Shown: positions 49,854 to 62,285 of the stretch, piece by piece
How positions within the stretch are numbered: the first letter of the stretch is position 1
How the letters are laid out: each line of letters begins with the position of its first letter
Source of the DNA: Rhizophagus irregularis
Lineage: Eukaryota
Assembly (NCBI RefSeq): GCF_026210795.1
Contig: NC_089430.1
Coordinates: 1,674,001 to 1,738,000 of the forward strand
Length of the DNA: 64,000 nt
Reading direction: 5' to 3'
Program-made: the position numbers and the translations under genes
The notes under the pieces: model-generated
The model's database searches: none
Told to the model about the DNA's origin: nothing
The model's input: the letters and a program-made list of their open reading frames with translations, nothing else

Positions 49854-50862
49854 GATTCGATCCGCCTATGATCGACAGAAAATTACTATATAAATTCGGG
49901 GGAAATTTTATTGCAAAAAATAAACTAAATAGGCAAAATTTTGCCAATCAAAATCATCACAAATCATGTTGTGATACCAAGTCATGTGATGAAACTTAAA
50001 AATGCCAAGAAAAATATCGAGAAAAATATTTTCACATAGAAACTCACAATAAACGCTAAAATCTGACACCTACCGTGTCTTAAATATTCATTTATTCAGT
50101 AAAATTGCTTCACGCATGAAAATTACTCAAATATTATTGTCAAAGGGATGGTTTTTTGGCTAAAAACAAGCGTAACTAACGTACAAATAGAAAAGATCTA
50201 AAAATGAAAAATTCAACCTAAAATAACCTATCTGCTATATAAATCCTTCTAAAAGCCATTATTACCTATTGTTCTGGTAATTGTATGTTATTTTTTTTTA
50301 TATTATTGTTACAACACTTTCAAAAAGCTAATAATATTTTGCAAACTAATGCTAAGAGTTTGTGTGATGCACTCAAATTGAAAAACTAGATAAGAATACA
50401 TATACCAAAACTTCCACCATTTGAAATTAATTTACGGGTTACTCCTCATGAAAATAGAAAGAGATCATAGTAACATGTGAACTAAAAGCAAGAGAAAATA
50501 TTAGAATTATATAAAACAAGTAGTTTCAAACATATAAAATACATGAGAACATAATTTTAAGTGTTCATATATGTTAAAATAACGTAATATACGACTTGAA
50601 ATTCTCACATATATATATATACATACCTGTCAAATCTGACGCTGCCTCAAAGTAAAGTTTTGAACAAATAAATAAATTTCTCAATTTTTTTTTATTTTTT
50701 TCATCTTTGACATTTAAGGAATCATCATGTGAATTTTGGTGCCACAGCATGATGATCTGCGGTTTTTATAGCCCATAAAATTTAGCCAATTTTGGCATTT
50801 TTATAATAACCTCGCCCCGAATTTATATAGTAATTTTCTGTCGTTCGTAGGCGGATCGGCTC
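49854..50862. mobile_element. Non-autonomous TIR element with TTAA TSD (Sola3/Kolobok-like)
   Basis: ~50-bp TIR GA..CGATCCGCCTA.GA.CGACAGAAAATTACTATATAAATTCGGGG at both ends; TTAA at 49850-49853 and 50863-50866. Confidence 0.8.
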
Positions 50863-51105
50863 TTAATAAACATAAGAAATGATCAGCACATTAATTAGCC
50901 AATAAAATTTAATAGGGTGCGCATAATAATGAGGGTAATTATATAGGTTAAATCACCCTAGGTGAAAAATTGTTATATAATCTTCCTTAATTATCCGAAT
51001 TTCATTCTACACTCAAACGTCAAATCATTAATATAAGCTAAATTATTATAAATATAATTTATATTATTCTAATATTAAATTTTTCTATTTAAAAAAACTC
51101 ATTGG

Positions 51106-51132
51106 TCCCGATGCGAAGCAACGGATGACTAA
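51106..51132 (+). mobile_element. Helitron-like 3' terminus
   Basis: GC-rich hairpin CCGATGCGAAGCAACGG followed by CTAA|T, then a TCTAT.. start. Confidence 0.5.
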
Positions 51133-51925
51133 TCTATCTATCTATATTTATAAAAAAATCCCTGTGCGCCCATAACGTTTAGACTACCCCGCATAAAAAG
51201 GTGGATTTAATTCCTCTTCTCATCAACATAACCCCAAAATTGATGTCCATTTTCACAGATCATGATAAATATTTGTTAAATATACCAAAATTGACATTAA
51301 TAACCTGCCAGATATGAAGATATGAAACAAAAAAAAAAATATTAATTTAAATTGGATCGTCCAGCATCATGCGCCTGCGCCCTGTGCTACAGATTCTTAT
51401 ATAGGATTCAGAGTGGCGCATCATTTGCCATTTATTTGCTTAATTGGGCAGCCCTAATCCTAATACAATTTTGAATTAGGCTGCATAAATGATTGGCGTA
51501 GGACAGATTTAAGCAACTAAACCAATAAAAAATTTGTTAAGCTATAAAAATAATTTAATCGGGACAATGAAATTCTTCACATGAGAAATCATCATTGTCT
51601 TTTTAGAAATAGTCATTGTTTTTTTTAAAAAAAAAAATTTCAGTTTTTTGAATTTTCCCATATGACAAATTTTCTTTTTTTTTAAAAAAAAAATATTTTT
51701 CAGTTTTTTTTGGATTTTCCCACATGACGAAAAAAATCCACCTTTTCTTTTAAAAAAAATTTTACATTTAAATTTTTAATTTCTTCATCACGAATTTGCC
51801 GATCATTTATTGACATTGTTACCTAAGAAAAGGTGACTATTTTATATAAATTCTACAGATCAACATTTACCGTTAAATTGTCCAGATAGGTACGATTATA
51901 TAGAAAACATGTAGCGTACGGTGAG

Positions 51926-52061
51926 CTATGTATGTACGTATAGTGGTCAATGTATGGCAATGTCCGGTATACATCACTCTACAGTATACACCACCCCACC
52001 CTACAGTATGGTAAAAATGACCATACATACCGTACGTTGATCACTATACAGACATACATAG
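51926..52061. mobile_element. Small palindromic MITE-like element
   Basis: ~32-bp imperfect inverted arms ctatgtatgtacgtatagtggtcaatgtatgg / ccgtacgttgatcactatacagacatacatag. Confidence 0.55.
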
Positions 52062-52742
52062 GCTTCTATACATGACATGTTTCCGTCGTACCCGATAGGT
52101 ACCTACAAAATAAAAAAAAGGCGGATCCCTGTTGCTGAAAAGCGACGTGAGACGATATTTCCTTTTTGGAAATTAATGTAACCAAAAATTTTCCTTTAGG
52201 AATACTATTCATTTTTGTTTGTGTAACATAACTGATGAGCGGGAGAAAAGCTACACAATTACACAATTCAAAGGAGTCTTAACGTGACACCACATGATTG
52301 CAATGATTTCAAATAATAGATAAAGATAATACAACAATATATAAAAAAAAAATATATATAATGATATAGTATTTTAGGACAATACTCATACTGAATTTTA
52401 AAAAAATATTGTTAACACACAAATATGGTGAAAATATTGTCTGTATGAAATTCTTTTGTATGTTGTGATGTTTCAGCTCCTAAAAAAGTGTAACTAAAAA
52501 TTTGACGTATTGTAGATCAATTACAATTGTTTTTTCAAACACGGAGACATGCGTAAATGCACACAATATTAAACATTTTTCAATCCAAAAGTATGAAAAA
52601 GTATAAATTAGCAAAAAATTTTCTTTAGAAGACAAAAAATTAAAATTCAATCAAAAAAAGAAAAAGAAAAATACTTTGATAGTTTTTTTCGCATAATTCA
52701 AACTCATTAAAATCAATTAAATTCTTTAAATTTCCTAACAAA

Positions 52743-52844
52743 ATGAATCAGACTGAAGTTACCATTAAACTATCCATTCCATCTATCGCAACTGCTGAAG
52801 CCACTGAAAAACCGGGTGAATCTGGTGGCTGTACAATTATGTAA
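52743..52844 (+). CDS. 33-aa CaaX-terminated peptide, candidate lipopeptide pheromone precursor
   Basis: MNQTEVTIKLSIPSIATAEATEKPGESGGCTIM*; A-rich start context (caaaATG); GC-richer island; TATAAA at ~52602; below the ORF-track length cutoff. Confidence 0.6.
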   Translation: MNQTEVTIKLSIPSIATAEATEKPGESGGCTIM

Positions 52845-53075
52845 TAAAATAAAATTCTTTACATTTACGAATTTTATCGTCAGATCTGATTGGAAATTAA
52901 ACATTTATGTATTGTTAAATAATCATTTGTCTATAGTTTATCTATTTATTTGTAATAATACATTGTACATTTGTACTTTATATATATATATTTCGTTAGT
53001 TTACTTGTGTTATTATATTATCAAATTACTTAATATTCGAATCACTATTACATATTTTGTCTTGTATTCTGTATT

Positions 53076-53255
53076 TAGGGACATGTTTTAAAACGATTTC
53101 GGTGTTTTAAAACATGTGTTAAAAAATGTTTTAAAACACTTCGATATTATAAGCTTAATGCTTTAAATCTTAAATTTAGGTTAAAAAATCAATTTATATA
53201 TAATAAAACGAAAACTGTTTTAGAACATGTTGTTTTAAATTACGTGCCATACCTA
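53076..53255. mobile_element. hAT-type MITE (180 bp)
   Basis: TAGG...CCTA termini; perfect 8-bp TSD TCTGTATT (53068-53075, 53256-53263); repeated GTTTTAAAAC subterminal motifs. Confidence 0.8.
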
Positions 53256-54849
53256 TCTGTATTTTATCATTTGTGTATTCTAAAAATTACAAAAATAAAA
53301 TCACATCTTTAAATTCATTATTTAAAATGTTCTAAATTCTAATAATTTTGGCAAGTTTGAGGTTGCCTTAAAAGTTGTCTAAACCATAACTAATTTTCTA
53401 ATAGTGTACACAGAAAATTTTCTATGCTGATCACGTAATAAGAAAAAAAATCTTTTTGATGCAAATACACAATATTTATTAGGACCAGTTGATCATCTTT
53501 ATAAGTAACGATAAATTAACATTTTTGTTAGAAGATATCATTTCTGTAAAAGATTTATCCGTAATTTCTATATTACGGAAAAATAACTAAAAATCTATAC
53601 ATTTTGAGGCTATAAATTCCGTGAATATAATACATTTACGGGAATAACAGAATAAAAAACACGGAATAAATTTATTATAGGGAATCCTATATTATTATTA
53701 AGATAAACACAAGGTTAATGATAATTAAAAACTCGATAAAATATATATTATGGCGGAACCAACTATGGGAACTCTTCCCGCCGATCATTCGGACCAAAAA
53801 TTTCAGGACGAAAAAAGGTGGAAGAGTTCAAAAGTGCTTATGGAAATTAATTGTTTTACGCATTTCAACATCACCAACTGTTTATTCAGTCCTTTCTGAA
53901 CATTTTGATATGAAGTTTAGAAGAAGTTTGCTAGAAGGTTACAGATTTTTTCGACCAAAAAATTTATTTCTCGTTGTCAACTTAATGGTAGTGACCCAAA
54001 AATGCCAAGGAAGGGCTAGGTGTTGCTCCACATAAAAGTTTATCAGTGGGCAATAATAGAGGCTTGGAAAAATAAAAAGTTGGCCTTTGGAAGCTTCTTG
54101 GATAGCTTGGAAATAGTGGTTTCTTGGGAATTTTTCGTCACAGAATTTTTTGTCAGCGCAGCAAAAATTTAGCACGCGGATGAAATCTAAAAGTAGAAAC
54201 GGAAGATTCAGTGAGGAACCAATTGGATGGTCAGGAAATGAGGTGATTTACTGCGGGACAAATTGCGGCAACAAATTATCTGAGGGGATCGCCATATCCG
54301 CAGTAATCACATGAGAGAAGAGATGAGGATTCTAGTTTTGACTTGGGCGGTAGCAATGTAAATAAATGTAGGTTGTTAGGAAGATTTTTTAGTTTGGTTT
54401 AGAATTAGGGTAGTTTTTGTTGTTTCATTTTACTTTTGAGAAGTGTGAAATGCGTAAGGAAGGATTTTTGTGATTAATAAAGTATCTATATGTGGGAGTT
54501 CGAGGGAGTTTAGCATTGGCGCAAACGCTTGGTTAAAAAAAAAATTTGTTAAAACCAGGAGTATAAATAGCTAGTGTTAAATTTCGTGTTTTCTTTTTTA
54601 TTGTTGGGTTTAGTTTTAGTTTTTCTTCTTGTATGTTTTTTTTTTGATTTGTTTTTGATTGTAGTAGATAGATACTTTATTAGCAGATGCATGTCGTCTA
54701 GAACATGATGCGCTGTTTCAGCGATCATCATGTTATTAATAAAGTTTTTTTTTAAAAAAAAAAAAATATATATATATATTATTGTAAGTGATCATCTAAA
54801 CTCGATATTGTATGAAATTTTAATCGACCGATTTATATTCATTTTTTTT

Positions 54850-55660
54850 AAAAAATTTTATCTTTTCTTTCGAACCGAATTGAATTCTTTCAGTTCCCTT
54901 TTTTTTAATTTTCTTTTTTTTTCCTTGAATCGATTTTTACTTTCAGTTCTTTCTTTTTTTTAAGTTTCCTCTTTTCTCTTTCGTTCCTTTTTCCTTTTTC
55001 TTTTCCTTTTTTTAAAAAAAAAATTTTCATTTTTTTTTCTCTTTCGGTTTGGTTTTTTTTCCAACCCGAGAATTTCATTGGTTTTTTTTCCCAAACTGAA
55101 AAATTTTAAATTTTTTTTATTGGTCTTTTAAGACCGATTTTTTTTTATATTATTATTTTTTCGGTCTTTTTTTTTAGACCGTATTATTAATTTATTTTAA
55201 ATTTTTTTTTCAGTCTTTTTTGGACCAGATTTATTGTTCTTTTTTTTCAGAATTTTTTTCGGTACTTATTTTTTTTACGGATTCCTTTTTCTTTTCCCCC
55301 AAATTTTATTTTTCGCTTTTTTTTCAATTTTCTTCATTGTTATTTTTTTTTCCCAAACCACCATTTAGATTTGGATCGGTGATCGGATTGACGTGGCACT
55401 ACGGTAATTGCCTTTTTCCCGATTCTTCTTATTATTATTAGTAATAATATTTTCCCTAATTAATTTTTAGGCTCAATATAAATAGACTGACATGTAATTT
55501 ACTTATTTATATTTTGTAACAATAGATCGGTTTAATAAATTCTATGGGAAATTGTTTTTGTCATGACAATAGATTGTTATAATTGGAGAATTTTTTTTTC
55601 ATAGCAATAGATTGTTATAATTGATTTTTGGGAGATTGTGAGATATTTTTTTGGGAGGAT
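54850..55660. repeat. Inverted copy of the dispersed repeat at 32640-33480
   Basis: T-rich strand; shares blocks with 48240-48560 (direct) and 32700-33300 (inverted). Confidence 0.6.
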
Positions 55661-56101
55661 TGCTAACCGATCACCGCCTGGGTTTTTTTCCAAATATGTC
55701 ACATGATGTACAAATTTATTAGTCGGCTGATGGTTGATTTTTTAACTTAGCTATTTTGATCGGTTAAACTTAAAATTTTATTGCGAAGATATTTTTTTAA
55801 AAAATTTTTTTGCATATTTTATTCAAAATAATCTTATTTAATGAAATTTTATTTGCAAATATTAAAATTTAAGCCACACATCTACGATTTTAAAGAAAAA
55901 AATCACCGTATTTAAACAATAACAATAAATAAAAAGATAAATAAATTACAATGACCAAGGAGAAAGATGCTAATAAAAACATGAAATAACAATGGAGTAA
56001 TGGAAAGTAATAGAAGATGAAAGAGAAAAAAAGAGTAATGATAAGTGATAGGAAACAAAAAGGAGAAATAGGAGTACAGGACATGATGAGAGATGAAAAG
56101 T

Positions 56102-56494
56102 AGTGATGGCCTGATGGGAAGCGAAAAGAAGTGATGGGAGACGAAAAGGAGTGATGGGAGACGAAAATAAGTGATGGGAGATGAAGAGAAGTGATGGGAG
56201 ACGATGAGAGACGAAGAGAAGTGATGGGAGGCGAAGAGGAGTGATGGGAGACGAAAAGAAGTGATGGGAGACGAAGAGAAGTGATGGAAGACGAAGAGGA
56301 GTGATGGGAGACGAAAAGAAGTGATGGGAGACGAAAAGGAGCGATGGGAGACGTAAAGGAGCGATGGGAGACGTAAAGAAGTGATGAGAATATGAAGAGG
56401 AGTGATGGGAGACGAAAAGAAGTGATGGGAGACGAAAAAGAGCGATGGGAGACGTAAAAAAGTGATGAGAAGATGAAGAGGAGTGATGGGAGAC
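56102..56494. repeat. 20-bp minisatellite
   Basis: ~19 copies of gtgatgggagacgaa(a/g)ag(a/g)a. Confidence 0.92.
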
Positions 56495-56548
56495 GTGTGT
56501 TATTATTACTCTCTTTATTACTCTCTTACTTGATGGGCAAGTATCATT

Positions 56549-56577
56549 CCCGCCGCAACGCGACGGTTACACCTCGT
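56549..56577 (+). mobile_element. Helitron-like 3' terminus
   Basis: Hairpin CCGCCGC-AAC-GCGACGG followed by CTCG|T. Confidence 0.5.
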
Positions 56578-57146
56578 TATTACTAAAAAAAATGAATTTA
56601 TGATAATTCAAATTAGGATATTCACGCGTATGTAATATGATTTTATTTGAACATTATGTAATATTTTACGCGATTTTTAAAAAAAAATGTTTTGCCAATA
56701 CTGGTTCTGAATATGAAAACTATGCACTATCAGTTTACACGAACTTTCCATAAATGTTACAATTAAATTATCGCGTTATACAGTCTGTAATCATATAATT
56801 TAAGTACAAACTTTTCTATAAAAATAATTAATATATCCAAATTAAATCTCAGTTTACGCGAACTTTCCATAAAGATTTGTCACCCAATCCAAATGATCGA
56901 CATAGTTTATAAGCTGGAATTTCGGGCACAAAACATCAGATAAGAAGCTGTCCATGGTCAGATCAGACCATGGGATTTGATTGGTTAATACTTGATTAAT
57001 ATTAAGCTATCAAATAAGGCAATTCTATAATTTCTGACTGCAGATTTGCCTATAAACCAGCATGTAAGGATTGCAATAATATGTATTTTGTACTACCTAA
57101 TAACCAAAAAAAGTCAAAAAAAATTTTAAGGTTACACATTAATTAT

Positions 57147-57840
57147 AGCCAAAATTAAGGTAATTCAAGGTAATTTAGGCCAAATCATTTTGGACAAAAT
57201 TGTCCACTTATTTTCAAATTAGCCAATCAAATTCTGCAAATCATTTTGGACAAAATTGTCCACTTACTTTTAAATTAGCCAATCAAATTCTGTAAAATTA
57301 CACCATAAATTCAGCCAAAATTAAGGTAATTCAAGGTAATTTAGGCCAAATCATTTTGGACAAAATTGTCCACTTATTTTCAAATTAGCCAATCAAATTC
57401 TGCAAAACATTTTGGACAAAATTGTCCATTTACTTTTAAATTAGCCAATCAAATTCTGCAAAATTATACCATAAATTCAGCCAAAATTAAGGTAATTCAA
57501 GGTAATTCGGGGCAAATCATTTTGGACAAAATTGTCCACTTATTTTCAAATTAGCCAATCAAATTCTGCAAAACATTTTGGACAAAATTGTCCACTTACT
57601 TTTAAATTAGCCAATCAAATTCTGCAAAATTACACCATAAATTCAGCCAAAATTAAGGTAATTCAAGGTAATTCAGGCCAAATAATTTTGGACAAAATTG
57701 TCCACTTATTTTCAAATTAACCAATCAAATTCTGTAATCAAATTATCAGTTACGTAATAAATTCAGCCAAAATTGAAGTAATTCTGGCCAAATCACTTTG
57801 GACAAAATTGTCCACTTGCTTTTAAATTAGCCAATCAAAT
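57147..57840. repeat. 166-bp tandem array (~4 copies)
   Basis: Each unit has two TGGACAAAATTGTCCA inverted repeats and two GCCAATCA motifs; near-identical ORFs at 57366 and 57532 confirm the period. Confidence 0.92.
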
Positions 57841-58366
57841 TAATTAACCAATTTAAATAGTCCAGTTAGAATTAAATAATGATGTAAAAATATCTATTTT
57901 TGGATAATTTTCTAAAATTTTCTGGAAGTAAAATTTTAAAATTTCCTTTTTTAAAAATTTGTATAACATTATATAACTTTAACACAAATAGGATTAAATA
58001 GGATCCTGGGCATCTCTTATAGAACTCACAATTGACTTTTTGCCAAAAAAGACTCAATTTGCTCTTTTTTTATTTTCCGTTTTTTGCGATTATCTCAGCA
58101 TTCAGTGATCCGATTCATGCGGATTATTTTTTATTTTGTAGAGCTCGATGAGAGCTACAAAACAAAAAAAAGTTCACACAAATTGGACCACTGAATGCCA
58201 AGATAATTGCAAAAAACTGATTTTTTTTTGTGAAATTTAGGTCAATCTGTGAAATAGTTACCCTCTGAGTTGTATATGTAATGTTCAGGATCCTGATTAA
58301 ATGGTATAAATGCTGGTCAGATTACCAAATTTTAACTACCAATATGTAATTTTGGCTAATATTTAA

Positions 58367-59140
58367 TTAACCAATCAAATTTTATGGGCTGATTTTGTCC
58401 ATGGACAGTTTTATAGCTAAGATTTTCTGCGCAAATCTTCAGCTTATAAACTTTATCATTTTAACTTAACCAATCAAATTTCATGGTCATTTTGTCCATG
58501 AACAGTTTTATAGCTAAGATTTTCTGCGCAAATCTTCAGCTTATAAACTTTATCATTTTAACTTAACCAATCAAATTTTATGGGCTGATTTTGTCCATGG
58601 ACAGTTTTATAGCTAAGATTTTCTGCGCAAATCTTCAGCTTATAAACTTTATCATTTTAACTTAACCAATCAAATTTCATGGTCATTTTGTCCATGGACA
58701 GTTTTATAGCTAAGATTTTCTGCGCAAATCTTCAGCTTATAAACTTTATCATTTTAACTTAACCAATCAAATTTAATGGTCATTTTGTCCATGTGGACAG
58801 TTTTATAGCTAAGATTTTCTGCGCAAATCTTCAGCTTATAAACTTTATCATTTTAACTTAACCAATCAAATTTCATGGTCATTTTTTGTCCATTGGACAG
58901 TTTTATAGCTAAGATTTCTACGCATCTTCAGCTTTATAAAGCTTTATCATTTAAGCAACAATCAAATTTCGTAGTCGTTTGTCAATGGACAGTTTTATAA
59001 CTAAGATTTTCTGCGCAAATCTTCAGCTTATAAACTTTATCATTTTAACTTAACCAATCAAATTTCATGGTCATTTTGTCCATGGGTAGTTTCTTAACTG
59101 ATTTTTTATGCAAAACCTTTTAGCTTATAAACTATATTAT
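58367..59140. repeat. ~97-99 bp tandem array (~7-8 copies)
   Basis: Unit ttaaccaatcaaat...TGTCCATGGACA...ctgcgcaaatcttcagcttataaactttatcattttaac. Confidence 0.92.
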
Positions 59141-61439
59141 TTGACTATCGGCCAAATTTATAAATATTGGCCAAATTTATAAATTAATTTTGATAATTCT
59201 GATGTTATAATATTATTTTTACATTTTAGTTTAATTTTACATATATATATATATATATACTATATAAGGAAATTATGCAACTTTATGCATTAAGGTTACA
59301 CAAAGTAAATTTAGGTTTAAAATAAAGCTATACACATCAGGAATAATACTATGGAATCAAAATTATAAAATCTATAAATAAAAAAAATACTGTTATATTT
59401 AGATTACCTGTATAAATAAATTTAAATTGTATAACATTACTCCTATTAGCATTTTATCACGTGACATTATGCGAATTCCTAAAAAATGGAAATTTTGCAT
59501 AAAAATAGGAATTTTAGTTTTGCAAGTATTCCAAAAAAAGGAAATTTTACTTCTTATAAAAATAGGAATTTTGGTTTTGCAAATATTCCAAAAAAGGAAA
59601 TTTTTGCACTGATTATATAATTCTGGCCAGAATTAAAAATATTGCCTTTTGTTATGAAGTAATAGGTCATAACTAGTAATTGATTTTAAAGATTTGTTTA
59701 TTTTAAATAATAATATTTTATTTAAATTGAAATAATATCAATAAAATAATATCAATTAAATTTTATTAATCTTCTTTGTATTTTTATAAATTATATAACA
59801 AATTTTATTAAAATTAGAATAATTTTAATTAAATTAATTTTATAGTTTAGCTTAATAAAGTAGTAAAATATTGTATAAATTTATTAATGATTTTTTTTTA
59901 AAATTTTATTATAGATGCAGTCTTATCATATTATAACTATCATAATAAATTTATTAATAATATTAAATTTTTTTTTAATAATTTAAAATTAAGTATTTTT
60001 TATATATATTAATTTTAGCTAAAATATAATTTAAACTAAAATCCTTATAATTTTTGCCAAAAATACTTATTTTTGAATAATATTTAATTTTAAAAAATGA
60101 TTTTTTTTTAATATTTAATTAATATATATATTAATATATATTTATTATATTATATATATTATATTATTATTATTAGAAGTTATTTTAACATTACACTTAA
60201 AAAAATTATAAAAAAATATAAATATAAAAAAATGTTGTTTGTATTATGTTTTACAATTTATACATATAAAAAAATATTTTTTATGAATTTTTTTAAACTG
60301 TAACTTTTTTCCAAACATACTATTAACTTCCAAAGTTTTATATTTTTTTATTTAATAACTTTAGAGTGTAATTTCACTAGTCACCACTTTAGTCAAATGA
60401 AATCCTTGTATATTAATTTTTATAAGTGTATGTATAATAGGACCCAAACAATATATATATATAGGTCAGATGAAAAATTCAAAATTTACTAAGGTCAATA
60501 AGCAAATATTTTTCATGTTTACTAAGCAAACTTTTATCTAACCCATAAATTTTTTACATTGCTAAGCAACTTATTTTATGACATATATATATATATAATT
60601 TTTTTTATAAAATATGTATATAAAAAAAACTAAAAAAAAACAAAAATTTTTGAAATAATGCATGGATAAAGCTATTATTATTTTTTATTTTTTTTTTGTA
60701 ATATTATAAATGTTTCTTATAAATATTTTCGTATATCTGTTCTGTAACTTCGGAGCGTAATTTAGGCACTTCGGTCAAAGGATACGTCCAAAACCTTCTT
60801 AAGTAAAGTTGTTCAGCATGTTCGAATCTACTTATATACAAATTTTTATCATTATTGAATAGATATTTGTGGATTTATTCATGTTTTTTGTAATGCTACC
60901 AATACGCGGAATTTTTATTTTTTTAAAAAAAAATTTCTAAGTAAAAACGAAATAACTTTTATTGATTATTACAAAAATTATAGTGTAAAATTAAAAAAAA
61001 AAACCAGAAAAACACTTTTTCCCTTTTCACCCACCTGTTCTTCTCATATATTTTTTTTAGTATTACACAGACGCGTATATGTTATATTTTAATGTTACGC
61101 AATCACGTATTTGTTATGTCAAAAACATGTTACACGATCACGTCTAGTAAAAATGTTTCCTGTATCACGTATACAATTAACTAGTACACAAATATGTTTA
61201 TAAATTTGTTTACATTATTTTATTAAATTTTTTTAATGTAAAAAAATGAAAAAAATGTAAAATATATATTGTATTAAAAAAATCTATTCTACTACACAAA
61301 TATGTATCTGACTATTATTTTAAAATTATGTTATCAAATAAGCAATAATAAATCTCTCATAGGAAAAATTTTTATATTTCAACTAAGAAAACTCAAAACT
61401 TACATTTATATATATTGTTTGAGGTTCTGGTATGATACA

Positions 61440-62285
61440 TATAAAGAAACCCATATTTTTTCATAATAGTATTAACTTTCAATTTTTTTATTTATTTATT
61501 AACTTCAGCACATAATTTTACCACTTTAGTCAAATAAAATCAACTTTTTAAATTAATTGAAAATTGTTCAGCAAGATCAAAACCACTTGTATATTAATTT
61601 TTATGGGTATAGGTATAATACATATAGAGAAACCTACATTTTTTATAATGGTACTAACTTTCAAATTTTTGTTCTATTTATTAACTTCAGCACGTAATTT
61701 TACCACTTTAGTCAAATAAAATCAACTTTTTAAATTAATTAAAAATTGTTCAGCAAGATCAAAACCACTTGTATATTAATTTTTATGGGTATAGGTATAA
61801 TACATATAGAGAAACCTACATTTTTTATAATGGTACTAACTTTCAAATTTTTATTCTATTTATTAACTTCAGCACGTAATTTTACCACTTTAGTCAAATG
61901 AAATCAACTTTCTAAATTAATTGAAAATTGTTCAGCAAGGTCGAAACTACTTGTATATTAATTTTTATGGATATAGGTATAATATATATGGAGAAATCTA
62001 CATTTTCATAATAGTACTAACTTTCAAATTTTTTATTTATTTATTAACTTCAGCACGTAATTTCATCATTTTAGTCAAATGAAATCAATTTTCTAAATTA
62101 ATTAAAAATTGTTCAGCAAGGTTGAAACTACTTGTATATTAATTTTCATGGGTATAGGTATAATACATATGGGAAAATCTACATTTTTCATAATAGTACT
62201 AACTTCCAAATTTTTCTTTTTTTTATTTACTAACTTTGGAGCGTAATTTCACCACTTTAGTCAAATGAAATCAACTTTCTTTATT
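61440..62285. repeat. ~182-bp tandem array (~4.5 copies)
   Basis: taacttcagcac(g/a)taatttt.ccactttagtcaaat recurs at ~61499, 61681, 61864, 62045 and (diverged) 62230; a further diverged copy lies near 60300-60440. Confidence 0.9.

Noticed and set aside
53718..54320. GC-richer stretch with short ORFs on both strands
   Set aside because: No recognisable motif and stops in the longer frames; possibly a decayed element but not assignable
57366..57720. Two near-identical 62-aa ORFs
   Set aside because: Produced by the 166-bp tandem repeat; non-ATG starts
56102..62285. Regular repeats with palindromes as possible CRISPR arrays
   Set aside because: Units are tandem without unique spacers, there are no cas genes, and the context is eukaryotic
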